The translations under genes and the position numbers were made by a program. Under the pieces are notes generated by a model. It searched no databases. It was not told where the DNA came from and worked only from the letters and a program-made list of their open reading frames with translations. A stretch of 49,746 nucleotides of DNA, filler included, from Sphacelaria rigidula (Eukaryota): the NCBI GenBank assembly GCA_964200075.2. It is 2 parts of 2 records of this genome, joined end to end, with 100 filler letters (N's around TTAATTAATTAA, not from the genome) between each part and the next. Parts side by side here need not be neighbours in the genome. Positions count along the whole stretch, not along the records: positions 24,938 to 49,746 come from CAXNAA020000190.1; 1 more part is not named here. One strand, 5' to 3'. Below, one piece after another: positions 24,838-37,781 of this stretch; the first letter of the stretch is position 1; each line of letters opens with the position of its first letter.

Positions 24838-24937
24838 NNNNNNNNNNNNNNNNNNNNNNNNNNNNNNNNNNNNNNNNNNNNTTAATTAATTAANNNNNNN
24901 NNNNNNNNNNNNNNNNNNNNNNNNNNNNNNNNNNNNN
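24838..24937. other. Artificial 100-bp scaffold/concatenation spacer (44 N + TTAATTAATTAA + 44 N)
   Basis: Symmetric N runs around a 12-mer that gives stop codons in all six frames. Confidence 0.92.
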
Positions 24938-26320
24938 CCGGGGAGCGGTTGATTCTCATTTCAAAATACGTTCTCATTTTTCTGGCAACCCTGTTAATTC
25001 GCTACACGCACAATGGGATATGCGTGCGTTGTTTGTCCGCGAGCCGTGTGCAGGCGCGCGACTCCAGGCGGAAGCACCCTGCCTTCTTCTGCATGATAGT
25101 AGTACGTCTCCGTATATTGTTATTATTGATGTTTTCATTCCATGCCACCTCAATAGAATTCTTCACGTATTTCGTACTCGACAACAATGTCAGTCCCAGT
25201 CCTGCGAACCCAACATGCTTTACGGTTCTGTCCAGAACCCACGGTACTTTTTGATTATGTCCATAGGAAACTTCTAGCCACGAGAAAGATTCCTCGGGTT
25301 GTCAGCGACACCGATGTCTGCAAGGCTTCTTGGTGTTACGGTCCTATGTGTAGCTCCGAGGTCTCTTTTTACTACTACTGATTGCCTGAAAGAGAGAAAA
25401 AGAGACCTGCTGTTGTCACATTGTTGCGTCGAAGATGGCCGATGGAAGAGACTGATTTCCCGTCACATGTGGGTACGATTTCCAAAAACAAGGGTACAGT
25501 TGGGAGAAAAGAAGTCACAGCAGGGTATACCGTGGCCGTCTACCGCCGCCGCCGGGTGAAAATGGTCGTTGGCCAATCAGCTGCTCTCATTTCTCCTCCA
25601 AACAAAGAGGGTACCCAGGTTTGTCGCTAATGCACCATGGTATACCCTAGTGTGACGTTTGCCCAAAAATATATATTTTGGTACCGAAGTTTTTATTTTT
25701 ATTTTTTATGCCTTATGCATTGTCCATACCAAATTTCAGAGTCCAACTCTAAATAAATGTATTAAAGAGCATGAGCCTGCAAACTTCAAATCCGCCTCGA
25801 GGCTGGCCCAGCTCGTAGGGCCGAACCCCCACTGACAGGCGTGTAACCCTCGACTGCCAGCGGTGGTCCAGATGTGAATCGGCAACAATTTCAGTCGTTT
25901 TTCAAAGTTAAACTCACCCCCGGTGAAGCAGTTCCGGTCCCCAAAGGGCTAGTAGTGTAGGTACGGCAACTGGCTGCTCAGGAGTAAAACGAACCAGGTT
26001 TCATGTCACTGCCGTGACTACGGTAGCTTTGCTTAATTTTGGGCCGTGCTTCCTTAGCAAACTACACTCGCGAGCCTCCTTTGGTCGATCGCATCTTCTC
26101 TTGGTGTGTTCGACGCTTTATGCGTTTGTTGTATCCACTCATCGTGTGCATCACAATTTATGACGTATCTGTCTCCATCTTGTGTTGTGTTGAGTGCTTT
26201 ACTACGTAATCTTGGTCCTCCAAGTAATGAGAAGGACAAAAACGACCACTCACATAGTGGTCATCATTAGTCATTTTCAATGCGCGGGCACTCGGGCGTC
26301 ACCTCACGCAGAACAGCGTT

Positions 26321-26621
26321 CAACAACGTTTTCGTGAGATTGAGAGTAGAGGATACGAATGAGAGTGAGAAGCGGTCAACCAGTGGATAAATCGGTTCAG
26401 TTCCGAAATGACCCTTCCCGAGGCCCGATATGCTTTCTGTAGTAGCTTGCCACTGAGGCCCTTCATATCCTGACTAGGATATCGACGTCTAGCTGTAAGC
26501 ACACACCAGTGATGGAGGCAAACAAAAGCACACACGGCATGAAAGATTGGCTGAGTTGAAGCGAATAATCAAAGCCACTCTCAATCAGCGCTTTGCTCTC
26601 AATCTCACGAAAACGTTGTTG
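26321..26621. mobile_element. ~300-bp MITE-like element with 26-bp perfect terminal inverted repeats
   Basis: caacaacgttttcgtgagattgagag (26321-26346) is the exact reverse complement of 26596-26621. The TSD is ambiguous (TT, or GTTC if the ends are trimmed by 1 nt). Confidence 0.7.
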
Positions 26622-27487
26622 TTCCACGTTCAGTCAACCATGATCAACACGACCGCAAACGCGACATTGGGAGTTGCTGCGCGATGCCCCCCAACAATAC
26701 GCGCACGCATGAACAAGCAACACATATCTTATTCCCCCCGACAGTTTGCTGTGAGCTCTTCCGCCAAGCTCTCTCCTCTGGTCGCTGGCCGGCGACACCG
26801 TGAGGTTATCGGTAGGGCAACTCTAGTTCCTGCGATAAGCGCGCTCCATCAGACACATCCTGCGATGGCGCACGCCAGAACTCCAGTGTACATGTTGCAC
26901 TAGCGCTTTTCTACGACCAACCACAAAAAAGAGACTGATTGGCAGTCCATTTGTTACTGCAACAAATGTAACGCATTCATCACAGTCAGGAATTATCCAG
27001 TTTTTCTCTATTCTTCACGTTTGACGACTTGGAACCTCGTGGTTGCCATGAGCTGCTGCACTGCTTGCTCAGACCAAACCTTGACTAACGGACATGAACA
27101 CCAAACGCCGTCGGCGAAGGCCGCAGCCGAACCACCACGACGCCGCAGCACTACGAAATAAGCGCACCGCGATCGTCGCGAGCGCATGTCGTATTTCTCC
27201 GGGTGTTGAAGCATCTTCGAGTGTTTCAACGACTCGCACATAACACGAGAGTATGCGGCGAAACATGCCCGCTCGTCTACCCCCCATAAATGACTCAAGA
27301 CGCTGGAACCCCCGGAACAAAAAACGACACAGTCCAGAACCCTCGTACCGGGAAGACTTAACAAAACGAATTCCGTGCCTCGGGGCCAACCTTCCACAAC
27401 ATGAAGCGTAACGCCGTAGTGCAACAATTTGGGAGAAGTCTGCACAAGAGAGTTTCCACAATGCCGAGCCCGTCGGTCTTTCCGTTC

Positions 27488-27584
27488 TCAGCTCCTGGAC
27501 CTGTGTTTGCTGCTGTGCTTGCTCTTCTTCTCCCGCTTGTCCTTCTTCGACTTCTTTGAAGACGAAGACTTTCGCGACTTTTCT
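27488..27584 (-). CDS. CXIP4: CXIP4-like exon 6 (EKSRKSSSSKKSKK...RSRS*)
   Basis: tcgcag acceptor, K/S/R-rich frame ending in TGA at 27490-27488. Confidence 0.85.
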
Positions 27585-30500
27585 CTGCGACGCGAGAGGA
27601 ACGAATAAATTCAGCGGGCAAAATGGAGACAGGTGATATGTCCTGGTTGAATGAGCAAATTCAAAGGTATCTCGTGGAATTCGGACGCCACGTATGCTGG
27701 GTCAGACTGGTGACTGGAGCTGCAGCAAAAACCAGCCCGGCGACGTGTCGGGGGCCTACAACACGAGCTGTGTCCAGTCACCAACACGCCCGGAGTCTCA
27801 TCGCGTTTGCGAGGTTTACGCAGACGTCTTAGATGAGCTTCCTATAACATGTCCCCTCATTTTTTCGAACTCTGGACACCCTGACGGCGGTTGAATGAGG
27901 ACATATCCTTTGTACCAAGGTGAGGTAAGGGTCGTGATTTCGGAACAGTTATCATCGTTGTATCTAAGTGCACGGTAGCCGTGGTTTACTCTAGCTAGAG
28001 GTTATCAGGGTGTTTGAAGGCACAAACATGGAACAACCGTACACTCATGCCCACCGTTCGCGATCTTTCCTCCGTTTTTCCTTTCGTTCGCGTCGCTCAG
28101 ATTTTTCCTTCCCTCCCTCACTCCGGTGCGATCGCCGCTTTTTGCTAGAACTCCTGCAACGACGGTAAAATCACGCACGAAGCATCGGGGATGCACAAAA
28201 AAGGGACGTCCAGGTTCAACGTTATATCCACAAAACTAGCATTGGATCCACAAATCAACATGCACCTCTCGCCCATTTTCAGAGAGGGACGGGCTTGCAG
28301 TCTGCGAACACCCTCCTGTCCCGACCTCCAACCGAGTCCGAGACGGGCCGGCTGGCAAACAACCGCCAACTTCTCCCGCCGACATTAAAACGAAACTGCA
28401 TCGAGAGCATAGTATTGCACACTGCCCTTACAGCCCGGAATTTTAGCTTCATAGCATGTCTGCCGGGAAAACTGCACAAGTTCAAGGAAAGAGGGGGACT
28501 CTTTACGCTGCTCACCTTGCTTTTCTTTAAGCATCCCCCTTCCAATAATTCCCTCATATTATGGAAGTTACCCGCAGAGGGTACATTTCATTTCACCGGG
28601 GACGGTGGATGATCACGCAATAGGTTCTTACCCCGTGAGATGGCAGGACACGTGTGACACGCGTCGTGAGTAGGGATCGGACGGGAATCACTGGACAAGA
28701 CTGGATGAAGTAGACTGACGAACGGGGATGCGGAGGGCCCCATCTATTCGGAAGAAGTATGAAAATCACCCCGACTGGGACGGTAATGATTTCCAATACG
28801 AGCAGTCTTGGGGCTCAAGTGAGCGTGTCGGACAGAGATAAGTGGCCATCTTAATCCCCATGCTAGATACCGAGCCAGGCACGGTCTACGTACAATATCA
28901 GCAATGATAGTAACGATACACAATGTCGATTTCTCCTCTCATTACTCCCACTTTCATCATCACCATCACTCCCACAACACCAAAACCAACAGCAGTCAAC
29001 AGTAGCCAACAGCAGAAGCAGCAGCCTCAACGAAACAGCCACCACCAACAGCAACAATATCTCACCCTGCTCCACCTCTCCCTCCGCGATCGCTTTCGCT
29101 ATCGCTTTGGTCGCTGTCATCGTCTCGCCGCCGTTTTTTTTTGTTTCGACTTTCCCCGCCTGAACTTCTGTCGTGTCGCTTACGCCGCCCATCAGACTCC
29201 TTGCCCTTGCTGCGCCTTTCCCTGTCCCTGTCTTTGTCACCGCGTGAAGAGGCATTACCCCCGCTACGGCTGCTTTCTTGGCCCGGCCGGCGATCATCCT
29301 GTCGCGGAAAAACAGCGGTCGAGTGATTGATGGGGAGGGATGAGCGTTACGGTCAGTCACAGTACAACACGGCACATGCAGCGTTTTGTTACGTTTTGTC
29401 AGGTGAGTATACGCTGAGATGATACGCCCGTGCGATTTTCAAGGACATGAAACTTTTGTTCTTTGGTCTGCACCGCTCTTGGCCCAAGTTCCGTGGATCC
29501 GAGTCGGCATCGTCAGACGACGCATCGTCCCGCGCATGCCTTACACTTAAGTGAGCTGATTTTACGGACATCACACGGAGGCAGCTAGAACCTACAAGTG
29601 CGAGCGAGCGGTGCACACCGTACCTCATCGTCGCTGTCCGAAACGGAAGAGCATGAACTGATGTCGTCCGAATCCGAGGCCGACTCCTCTTCAACCGCCT
29701 GGCGAAAGCACAGAGAACATGCATGCGCATGTGGTGTGACACGGGAGGGATGTCGGCAGTGAAAAGATGAGAGAAATTTCTGTGTACTACTCACCTGTGA
29801 ATGCAAACCATCATGTGTAGGTGCAGCGGCGAGTGCAGATATTTGAGATAGAGAGAACAGAGGAAGAGAGAACGGCTGGGGGGGGTACTCATTTGTTGCG
29901 TGCCTTGGTCGTTTGACCATTGACCACACATCAATTTCGAGACGGAGCACGGCCGGGGGGTACTCACGAGTAGCCTACTGCACAACAGCATTGTAACGCG
30001 CCAAAGCGAATTAGAAACTGGACTCTCGTCCTTCTCTCTCTACAGTCTAGACTAACGGCAACGAAGACATATGATGGCGAAGAAGGACAGAGCGACCCTC
30101 TCCGGCAGTTGCAGTCCATCTGTAATGCTTACCTGCAAAGCTGGTCCTCCGTCCGTGGGTTGAATGTGATTTCTGCACTGGAAGGTCAGGTGGCCCACCG
30201 AACCGCAATTCCTGCAAGCTCCTCGTTGCTCTGTTACCTGTTTGATATGTGAGCAGTGTACAGCAATGCGTTCAAACATCGATATAACGAGAGTGAGAGG
30301 TGCACCTGGCGCGTTGATGTCGGCAGTGTATCGGCCAACGAAATTCCGGTCGTATATCATCAAATTTGTAGACGTGATTCATCCCCAGCAATGCTTTGAG
30401 CACTTGGGTACAGTGGCTGTGGGATCACTGCGCTTGCGCCTCACCAGCCAAAAACAAATAAATGGCGATGTACAACAAACACGAAGTAATCGTCTGACGC

Positions 30501-33500
30501 AAAGTACAAGTCCGTTGCTCTGGTTCACGCCTGCACTTTATAGCCGTACTTCTTAGAAATAGCCATCGAGTAACCCAGTAGGTCACAGTATATTTTAGAT
30601 CTTGATAATACAGTTGCCGCGCTCGGTGGTGCAGTGACTCGACGGACGGCATTGGCGTTGAGAGAACGTCGGTTCAATTCCTGCTGAATGCGTTCTTTCT
30701 TCTTTTTCGGTCTGATTTTCGCCGCCGAAAGCGTATGTACGCAAGTGGACAACAAGTAGTTGACTGAGTTTGTTTGATGTGGGTTGACGCGGTGCGGGGG
30801 AAGGGGTTGCACGACTGCTCGGTTGGTGAACACCCCTGTCCCGGGTTCCCAGCTCAATCTCCACTCGTGAGCCTCTGTTTTTGCCTCCTCTCGAGATAAA
30901 AGCGTCTCGATATTTCGGTGAAGGTCTTGCTTTTGGGGGGGTATGGCCCAGTTTCAAGTGCTACGTGTCCCTGCCCTTGTTGTGTATGACAGTCGGTTCG
31001 GAGGTCCTCTCCCGTGATGGAGCTGCAGATGAGCTTGGTGCCATCTCGCAGCATCATCAGTGCGCTTTGGACTGTGCATATCAGGTTGTCACGTGCCCCT
31101 GCGGCAAACTTGTTTGTCGTGATTCCGTCGCGATTGTAAAAAGAAACGTATCTCAACACGCTATTGCGCCACGATATGAGACATACCCAATACTCAACGC
31201 AGTACACTAACATCATCGCCAAGACTGCGCCAAGCGAGCAGCAGCGGAGCTGGATGTTACCACGTAGGTCTGCAGCTCACTGCCATATGCTTGAAATGGG
31301 CAGTATCGGGGAAACAGTAGAGTTTACTGGCGATGGGCTACAAATGTCCATGGTTGATATTTACTTAATTTGAGTGTGTACAACGAGATTCGGAATTACG
31401 GTAGGGCTGACAGTCCCGTGTGCTCGTGCTCTTCCCGTGCGCAGAACGCGTGTTCGTCGGAATCGGCGCCACATGCGCCGATTTGGGGTCTACCAAGGCC
31501 GCAATTCGCCTAGGGGATCTAGGTACCGCCCTTGCCCGAGGGTTCTCGGTATGCGTTGGGTTGGGGTTAGGGTTTCAAGGGGTAGCGATGCTCGTGAAAT
31601 TGTGTCAACCATGGACATTTGTAGCCCAACGCTGGTAAGCTAGCCTCCGGGAAACCGTCAAAGTTGCGTCGGGACCCACGGTTTTTAGGTTTTACGGCCA
31701 GCCCAGCTCTCTAGAACAAGATGAGGTGAATGGATGATGCTGATTTGGTGCTTGCTAGTGTATGTTGGATGGCGTTGAGCGACATCGCTCTGCCGGTAGA
31801 AAAGGGGTTAGGTATCTCACAGATGGATCATGTGTCTTAACTTGATGTGCGTGAATTTCGACCGTATGACCGAGTTTCGTGTTCTTCGGAATTAAAACTC
31901 AAGGCTTTGATTAAGGGCCATATGTACTGCGTGAATGTACATGGAAGATGTAAGCAAACCAAGCTATCCATTATGAGGGATGTGGTTTTGTACCGTGTTT
32001 CAAGCATGGCGAGATGTTGCCTGAACCGACACTCAGTATGAGCTGTAGTGCCTGCAGCTTTCGATGACACAGGGTGCGCCCATGTGCTCCTGCGATTGAA
32101 GTGTGGGAACTGTTTCTGGTTTTGAAAGAGCTTGCTGGAGTCCTGGATACATCATCATCTTTCGGCAGGTTACCGGGGTTTTCGAAAAACGTTCTAGTAA
32201 TAGCTGTACGATTGAATTTCAAAATTAGGGTACACCTGCGAATTGACTTTCTTGGAATATCTCTGGATGGAAGCAGGTGCAATCTTTTTCAACCAATGCA
32301 CCTCCTGGATGACGAGTGTGACGACGAGGGGGCTTTTGCTCAGATGGCGGAGTCTTTCTTCTGGAGGGCTTTTTACGAGCCTGCCCAATGATACACCACT
32401 CAAGAAGGGATGTTCCTGTGAACAGGGTAATCGGAGCGGTCTACGGTGCTGCATCTACGATACAGGAGTGAGACCTTTGTGTTCTGTGTTTTGACCATTA
32501 CACGCGGTGGGATTTACTACCGCAATGGCACGTCGGAGACATGCATGGATTTTTTATTTGATGATTGACGGGAGGCCAAGCCTACATACTCCTTTACCCC
32601 CTTACCCTTGTCTTGCCTGATCGGTCGACACTCGTGTCCTCCGAACTGATCTGCTGGATCACAGACCACCAGATAAACACCGTACACTGATGGCCACCCC
32701 CGTGAGTACCACCTCAGTTGATCATTTTTCGGCTACTTCAAGCACCATATCGATATCTACAGTACTATATCGGCGTACGTTGTAGGGCAACCCCTAACTA
32801 ACACTCCGAGATAGAAGTTGTTAGACCCCCAAAATGTGTCACTCGCTGCTGTTACTTGTAACTCTCCGTCATATACTGTAGGTACCCAGCCCCACATGAA
32901 AAAGAAGTACAGCTGGGCATTTGAAATGGCGTCTTCATGTGTTCACGCTCGCCGTCAACGTATGCATTACAAGGCGAATGAACATACTGCTGCGGTAGCA
33001 CCGTATATAATGGGTCACAGGTTACAGCACGAGTAGACGGCTCCACTGTTTGGGACAAACGATTTGGGATGTGTCCTGTTGTCCGTCACGGTACCCCTCA
33101 TGGAGGGCAGGAAAATCCTGCGGAAAGGTAAGTAACCAGAAACAAAATGATGAAGCTACAACAGAAGAGCATCATTCTACCGCTGGGTTGTATAGTACTT
33201 CACACACGGTCTGCCTTTTTTGGCTGCACCTTGATCCGGTGACTCCGATCCGCAAGTCATCATAAATACCACCTCAAGTCTCGCAGAGCCGCCGTATGAT
33301 ATACTGAACAGTACTCGTGCTGCAAGACGTAGCTAGAGGTGCGATACACAGGATCGACGACAGGTGATGCGGTGGTATCTTGATTCAGAGCATCACGTTA
33401 TCTTCAAACCATTACGTTCCCTTCGTTCGAGTCTCGACCATCCCTTCACCGAGGCTTGATCCGTCAAGCTCCTAGAAGGACATATCAAACTCTGACTATG

Positions 33501-36500
33501 CCGGGCAAAAGGTTCCACATGATATCCGATGAAACATCCGCCAGAGGTCGCTCTGACATTACTTATCTATGTGTACCGAGTGGAACTGTCGTGCAGACGT
33601 TTCTGGCTTTGCAAGAGCTGCAGAAAGCAAAAATTCTCAACGATACTTGACAGCTGTGATACCAGTCGTTGTCTTCCAAGATGTTTGGACTGTTTCTTCA
33701 TTTTTTACGGGTTGTGCAACTTGTGTGGCGTAACCAGTGTTCCGCCCAGCAGTTCTTTCTAAATATTTGCGCAACCGTGAATGCTCCCGCTCTTCCGTGA
33801 ACGAGGAATATCACGGATTTTTCGGCCGGACGCTGTAAACTTGATCCCCATTTTGTCAGAGCAAATTACAGCACGCAGCGATCATAATCGATCGGAAGAA
33901 TGATGTAGATAGGCGAAGGGCGCGGTGCTATCGACACACTTTGAAGCAACATGAGGGGAGCGGGACCAGAGCGTGTAGACTTCCGCTGAATTGATCTTCA
34001 CCACCACCCCGGCGCAGATCTGTTTCATGATATGACAGACTGCTGCTCTCGTGTAATTCATGGTTCTTCACGTCACCAAGGCGATGCCCATAACCTTGAG
34101 ATCATGAGCGTTCGCCTGCACAAGGTTTGGCAGGTTCACATATATCTCGTCAACTAAACGCCTTGATTGGAGGTTGATAACGCGCAAATAAACTGGTCCG
34201 AAAATTACGTTCTGGTTTGACTTCAGTACAAGCTGCGCCTAGGCGGCTACTCTCTGGTTACCTATGCAGAGGTAGCACGCATGTGCTGACATCAAATGCC
34301 GGAGTTTCTTACGGTGGGTGATCTATTGGAACAAGAAAGGCATGCACGAAATATGCGGATCATGAGCGGTCAACTGCAAATGGTTTGGCGCGATCAAATC
34401 CATGCCGTGAAAAAAAAAAACGCGACAGCAACTTGGACAACTTAACGAATGCTGAGACATCGAAGAATACTTGACTCACAAAAGCTCTAGTGCTCTGCCC
34501 GAATACAACACTGCGCGGTGCTGTGCTGACTTTCAAGAACAAAAGGTGGATCAACAGAGTAAAGTTTCACCCCAAGTACAAAAGTAAGGCGATGAGGATC
34601 TTCCGTGCACAGCACAGCACAAATATGTGCCCGGTACACCCGTAGGTGTAGCAAGGGGTCCAGGGGGCTTGGATTCGCCAGCAAGAGCCGTGTGCGGCGA
34701 AATCGTTTGCCTAGCGTTTCGACCGTATTTTCTATGCTCGAACACCCCCTGCAGAGTGGGCCACGTCGTCAACTACGCAGCACCTATTGAGCCGAACCTA
34801 CTTGCTACAATAGCCAGGACATGTATCTGTCAGTGCGGCGATTTTGAATGTGCTTTGTATATTGTCCACGTGGATGATACCGTTGTCAAAAGTGACGACG
34901 ATAGACGGTAAAATCACAGACTACCGGGATCGAAATCACACTACTGCGTGAGACTACGAGCACAATCTTGGTTTCAACGATGGCTGCTAGCATGTCGAAC
35001 TCATGCGTAGAGTGACAGTTTCCGCCAGGACGTGAAAGCGCGAGTTCTGGGTAAACGCCTACTATATTCCAATGGAAAATGACCGCCGTGTTTGCACAAA
35101 AAATGCATCTTTTCTGGAAGCCACTGGGGGATATCCATCGCCGGTTTGCGGTGCAGTTGATGTCTATGCGGCGACAGATCCAAAGAGGTTAGAACACGTG
35201 ATTCTAGTATGGACGAGCAAAGTCTGACATTTACACGAGCAGCTTCAATGCCTTGCCTAGCGTGTGCAGCAGCTGTTAATGCTCAAATCTGTGCCGATTT
35301 GAGCGAAAACAACGCACAGCTTTGCCTCGGGCAAGGCATGTGTTCTTGGTCTGCCTCGGATCGGCGTTGGGGTGTGGTTGGATTCAGGATTACTGATGAA
35401 GTTAGACCAACTTCTATGGCAATCACCAATATCGACTTTTTCGAGCATCGAGGGGAAAAACTTGAGATACGCATTTTACGGACACCGATTTATCCCAAGT
35501 CGGGGGCGAAAAAGCGGGGGAAATCGTTCCGAGATCGTCGCTCCCCCCGATTTTTTTGAGGTGACGTACGTGCATTGACGTGCAATGGTGGGGTACGAGG
35601 CGTTTGATATTTTTTCAACGGCAGCGAAAGACAGTATCGTGACAGCGCAGGGCGTGCCTGCTGCCCGCGTCTGCTGTTGAAGCAACTTTGCACGGGGTTT
35701 GACAAGCGGATAATAAGTGCTGACGCCGTACGCTGTGGCGATGGTGATATTTTATGCTGCGCTGCGCTGCCATATGTTCACTATAACGAACGCTACTGCC
35801 CTCTTCCAGTCTGCTGTTGCTGTACTCAAGGGGTGATGTTCGGCACTGCGCTACTGAACTCTGCTCGCGCACTGTTTGTCCTCCGTCCTCGCAATACCGG
35901 CTGTGCCATCGACCTGTGATACTGTACTGTATTACCCTTGGATACCAAGCTACGACACTGTACTCGAAGGATTGTTTCCCGCCTGCCTGCTCTTCGGCTT
36001 CATGCACGAGTACGCAGTACCTTACTCATGCAGAAAATTACCGTCTGTGTACAGAACCGTTTCATCAAGTGATACTATAGTGTCTGTGCCATAAAACGGC
36101 CCCCCTGATTTCGAGTTCGCGGACTTGAGTTCCCCCATTTTTTCAATATCAGGTGTTGAAAAAAATCCAGATTCGTCGCCATAAAAGTCGGTCTTTTAGG
36201 CTAACTTTAACGGGAGCCGTTCAAAATTCCTGTCGAAAACTGCCTTTCGGACCCTTCTCCGTAGATTTACGCCCGAAAAGAGGGCTAGGCGGATGTTGAC
36301 GGCTGGGAATGACTTGCTCTACTCGTTGGGATAGTTCTAGAGTAACTTTGCATTTCCCGCTGGCCACACTATTGTTTTTGGCCAAATCAGGCCCAACACG
36401 GATTTTCAGTAAAGAGCGGTCAGGTGATCAAAATCTCCCCCTGATTTTTTTATCGATTGACCATTTCTCATTGAAAATCCGTGTTTGGTTAAAAATAAAA

Positions 36501-37781
36501 GTGCGGCCTGTGGGAAATGCAAAGTTGCCCTAGAACGGTCCCAACGGGTAGAGCAAGTCATTCCCAGCCGTCAACATCCGCCTAGGCCTACTTTCGGGCG
36601 TAAATCGACGGATAAGGGTTTCGACAGGAATTTTGAACGGCTCCCATTAGAGTCGGTCTTGGGCCGGATGTTTTGGCACACAGATTTTTGGCCCACGGTT
36701 TGTTCGCTTTTGGGACGTTTGAGCCATTGTTTGATCCCCAAACAGAGAAAATCGCCAACACACGTCTTGGACACTTTGCACCACCCCACAGAGAGGAACC
36801 TAGCCCACTTTTCAGATTCGCTTGGCTCCAAGGTTTCGAGAGCGGCCGCTGAACCATAATCCGTGTGCAATAAAATCTACGGCGATCTCCACAGATCATT
36901 GGGCAAACTGGCGGGGGTCGAGAAGGACAGATTATTGCACACGCATTATTGTACAGCGGCCAATCCCGAAGCCTCGGAGCCAAGCGAATCTGAAAAGTGG
37001 GCTAGGCTCCTCCTCTCTGTGGGGTGATGTAAAGTGTCCGAGACGTGCGTTGGCGATTTCCCTGTTTGGGGGTGAAGCGTCCCAAAAATGAACAATCCGT
37101 GGGCCAAAAAAATCTGTTTGCCATAATATCCGGCCTGAGCGTTATGGTTTGACAAAAACGACGTGTTTACGACAACGCATTTTTGTCACCGGCTTCGTTA
37201 ACCCGCGTCAACCCGCCTCCCGGTTCGTGCGTTGTGGTCGGTACAATTGAGCCCGGATTGTTGTATGAGGTAGCTAGGAACTTGTTATCTAGGTTTGTGC
37301 TAGCATAATTATGGTGATGTGCTCCATTGTTCTACCATTCAACTTCACCGCGTCTTGTTTTGTAGGGGTGTTATACAGCGTGATACTAAAACAGGTGGGG
37401 CACCGGAACCGGACCGGGTAACCTCAACCTTGAGATTCAACGTTGCGTGCGTAGTTATATAATTCAAACAGAGAGGGACCAACAACACCGACCGTCAAAA
37501 CCACCAAACTCCGAGAAATCATCAACCAGTAAAAAAGCAAACATAGCACAACAATTATTTTCACTCCAACTCACCCCTTGGTTAGAAAGCTTGGCCAACG
37601 CCATCAGTCCCTGTGCCTGCTCGTAAGCGTTTGCCTCCTCCTCTGCATCAGGACCTCCCCCTTCGGCCGCATAGGGGTCATACCCGATTGTGTTTGTCCA
37701 AATACCAGTCATCTTCAGCGCAGAGCTACTGCTCACGCGATTACCATGCGGCATCCGCACTCGCCCTGCAGTGGCTGGCAT
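27488..37781 (-). CDS. CXIP4: CAX-interacting protein 4-like zinc-knuckle, Arg/Ser/Lys-rich protein, 271 aa; exons 37781-37575, 30237-30133, 29698-29624, 29298-29066, 28153-28055, 27584-27488
   Basis: N-terminus MPATAGRVRMP..NRV.SS.AL...GIW...IGYDPYA and RG.C..CG.VGHLTFQCRN match plant CXIP4 as I recall it. Six exons with GT-AG junctions total 816 nt and end in TGA. Confidence 0.92.
28055..28153 (-). CDS. CXIP4: CXIP4-like exon 5 (SSSKKRRSHRSE...KDRER)
   Basis: ttgcag acceptor, CG|GTGGGC donor, 99 nt, open in phase 2. Confidence 0.82.
29066..29298 (-). CDS. CXIP4: CXIP4-like exon 4 (RS/RD-rich)
   Basis: gacag acceptor, GG|GTGAGA donor, phase 2. Confidence 0.85.
29624..29698 (-). CDS. CXIP4: CXIP4-like exon 3 (acidic/Ser-rich)
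   Basis: gccag acceptor, GAG|GTACGG donor, 75 nt. Confidence 0.85.
30133..30237 (-). CDS. CXIP4: CXIP4-like exon 2, CCHC zinc knuckle (CRNCGSVGHLTFQC)
   Basis: aacag acceptor, CAG|GTAAGC donor, C-x2-C-x4-H-x4-C motif. Confidence 0.93.
36204..36653. repeat. ~450-bp foldback element in CXIP4 intron 1
   Basis: gggagccgttcaaaattcctgtcgaaa and ctaggcggatgttgacggctgggaatgacttgctctac recur as reverse complements at about 36548-36645. Confidence 0.88.
36662..37135. repeat. ~475-bp foldback element directly next to the previous one
   Basis: Arms 36662-36878 and 36929-37135; for example cctagcccacttttcagattcgcttggctcc pairs with ggagccaagcgaatctgaaaagtgggctagg. Confidence 0.88.
37575..37781 (-). CDS. 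CXIP4: CXIP4-like exon 1 (69 codons)
   Basis: ATG at 37781, GGG|GTGAGT donor, conserved N-terminal motif. Confidence 0.93.
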
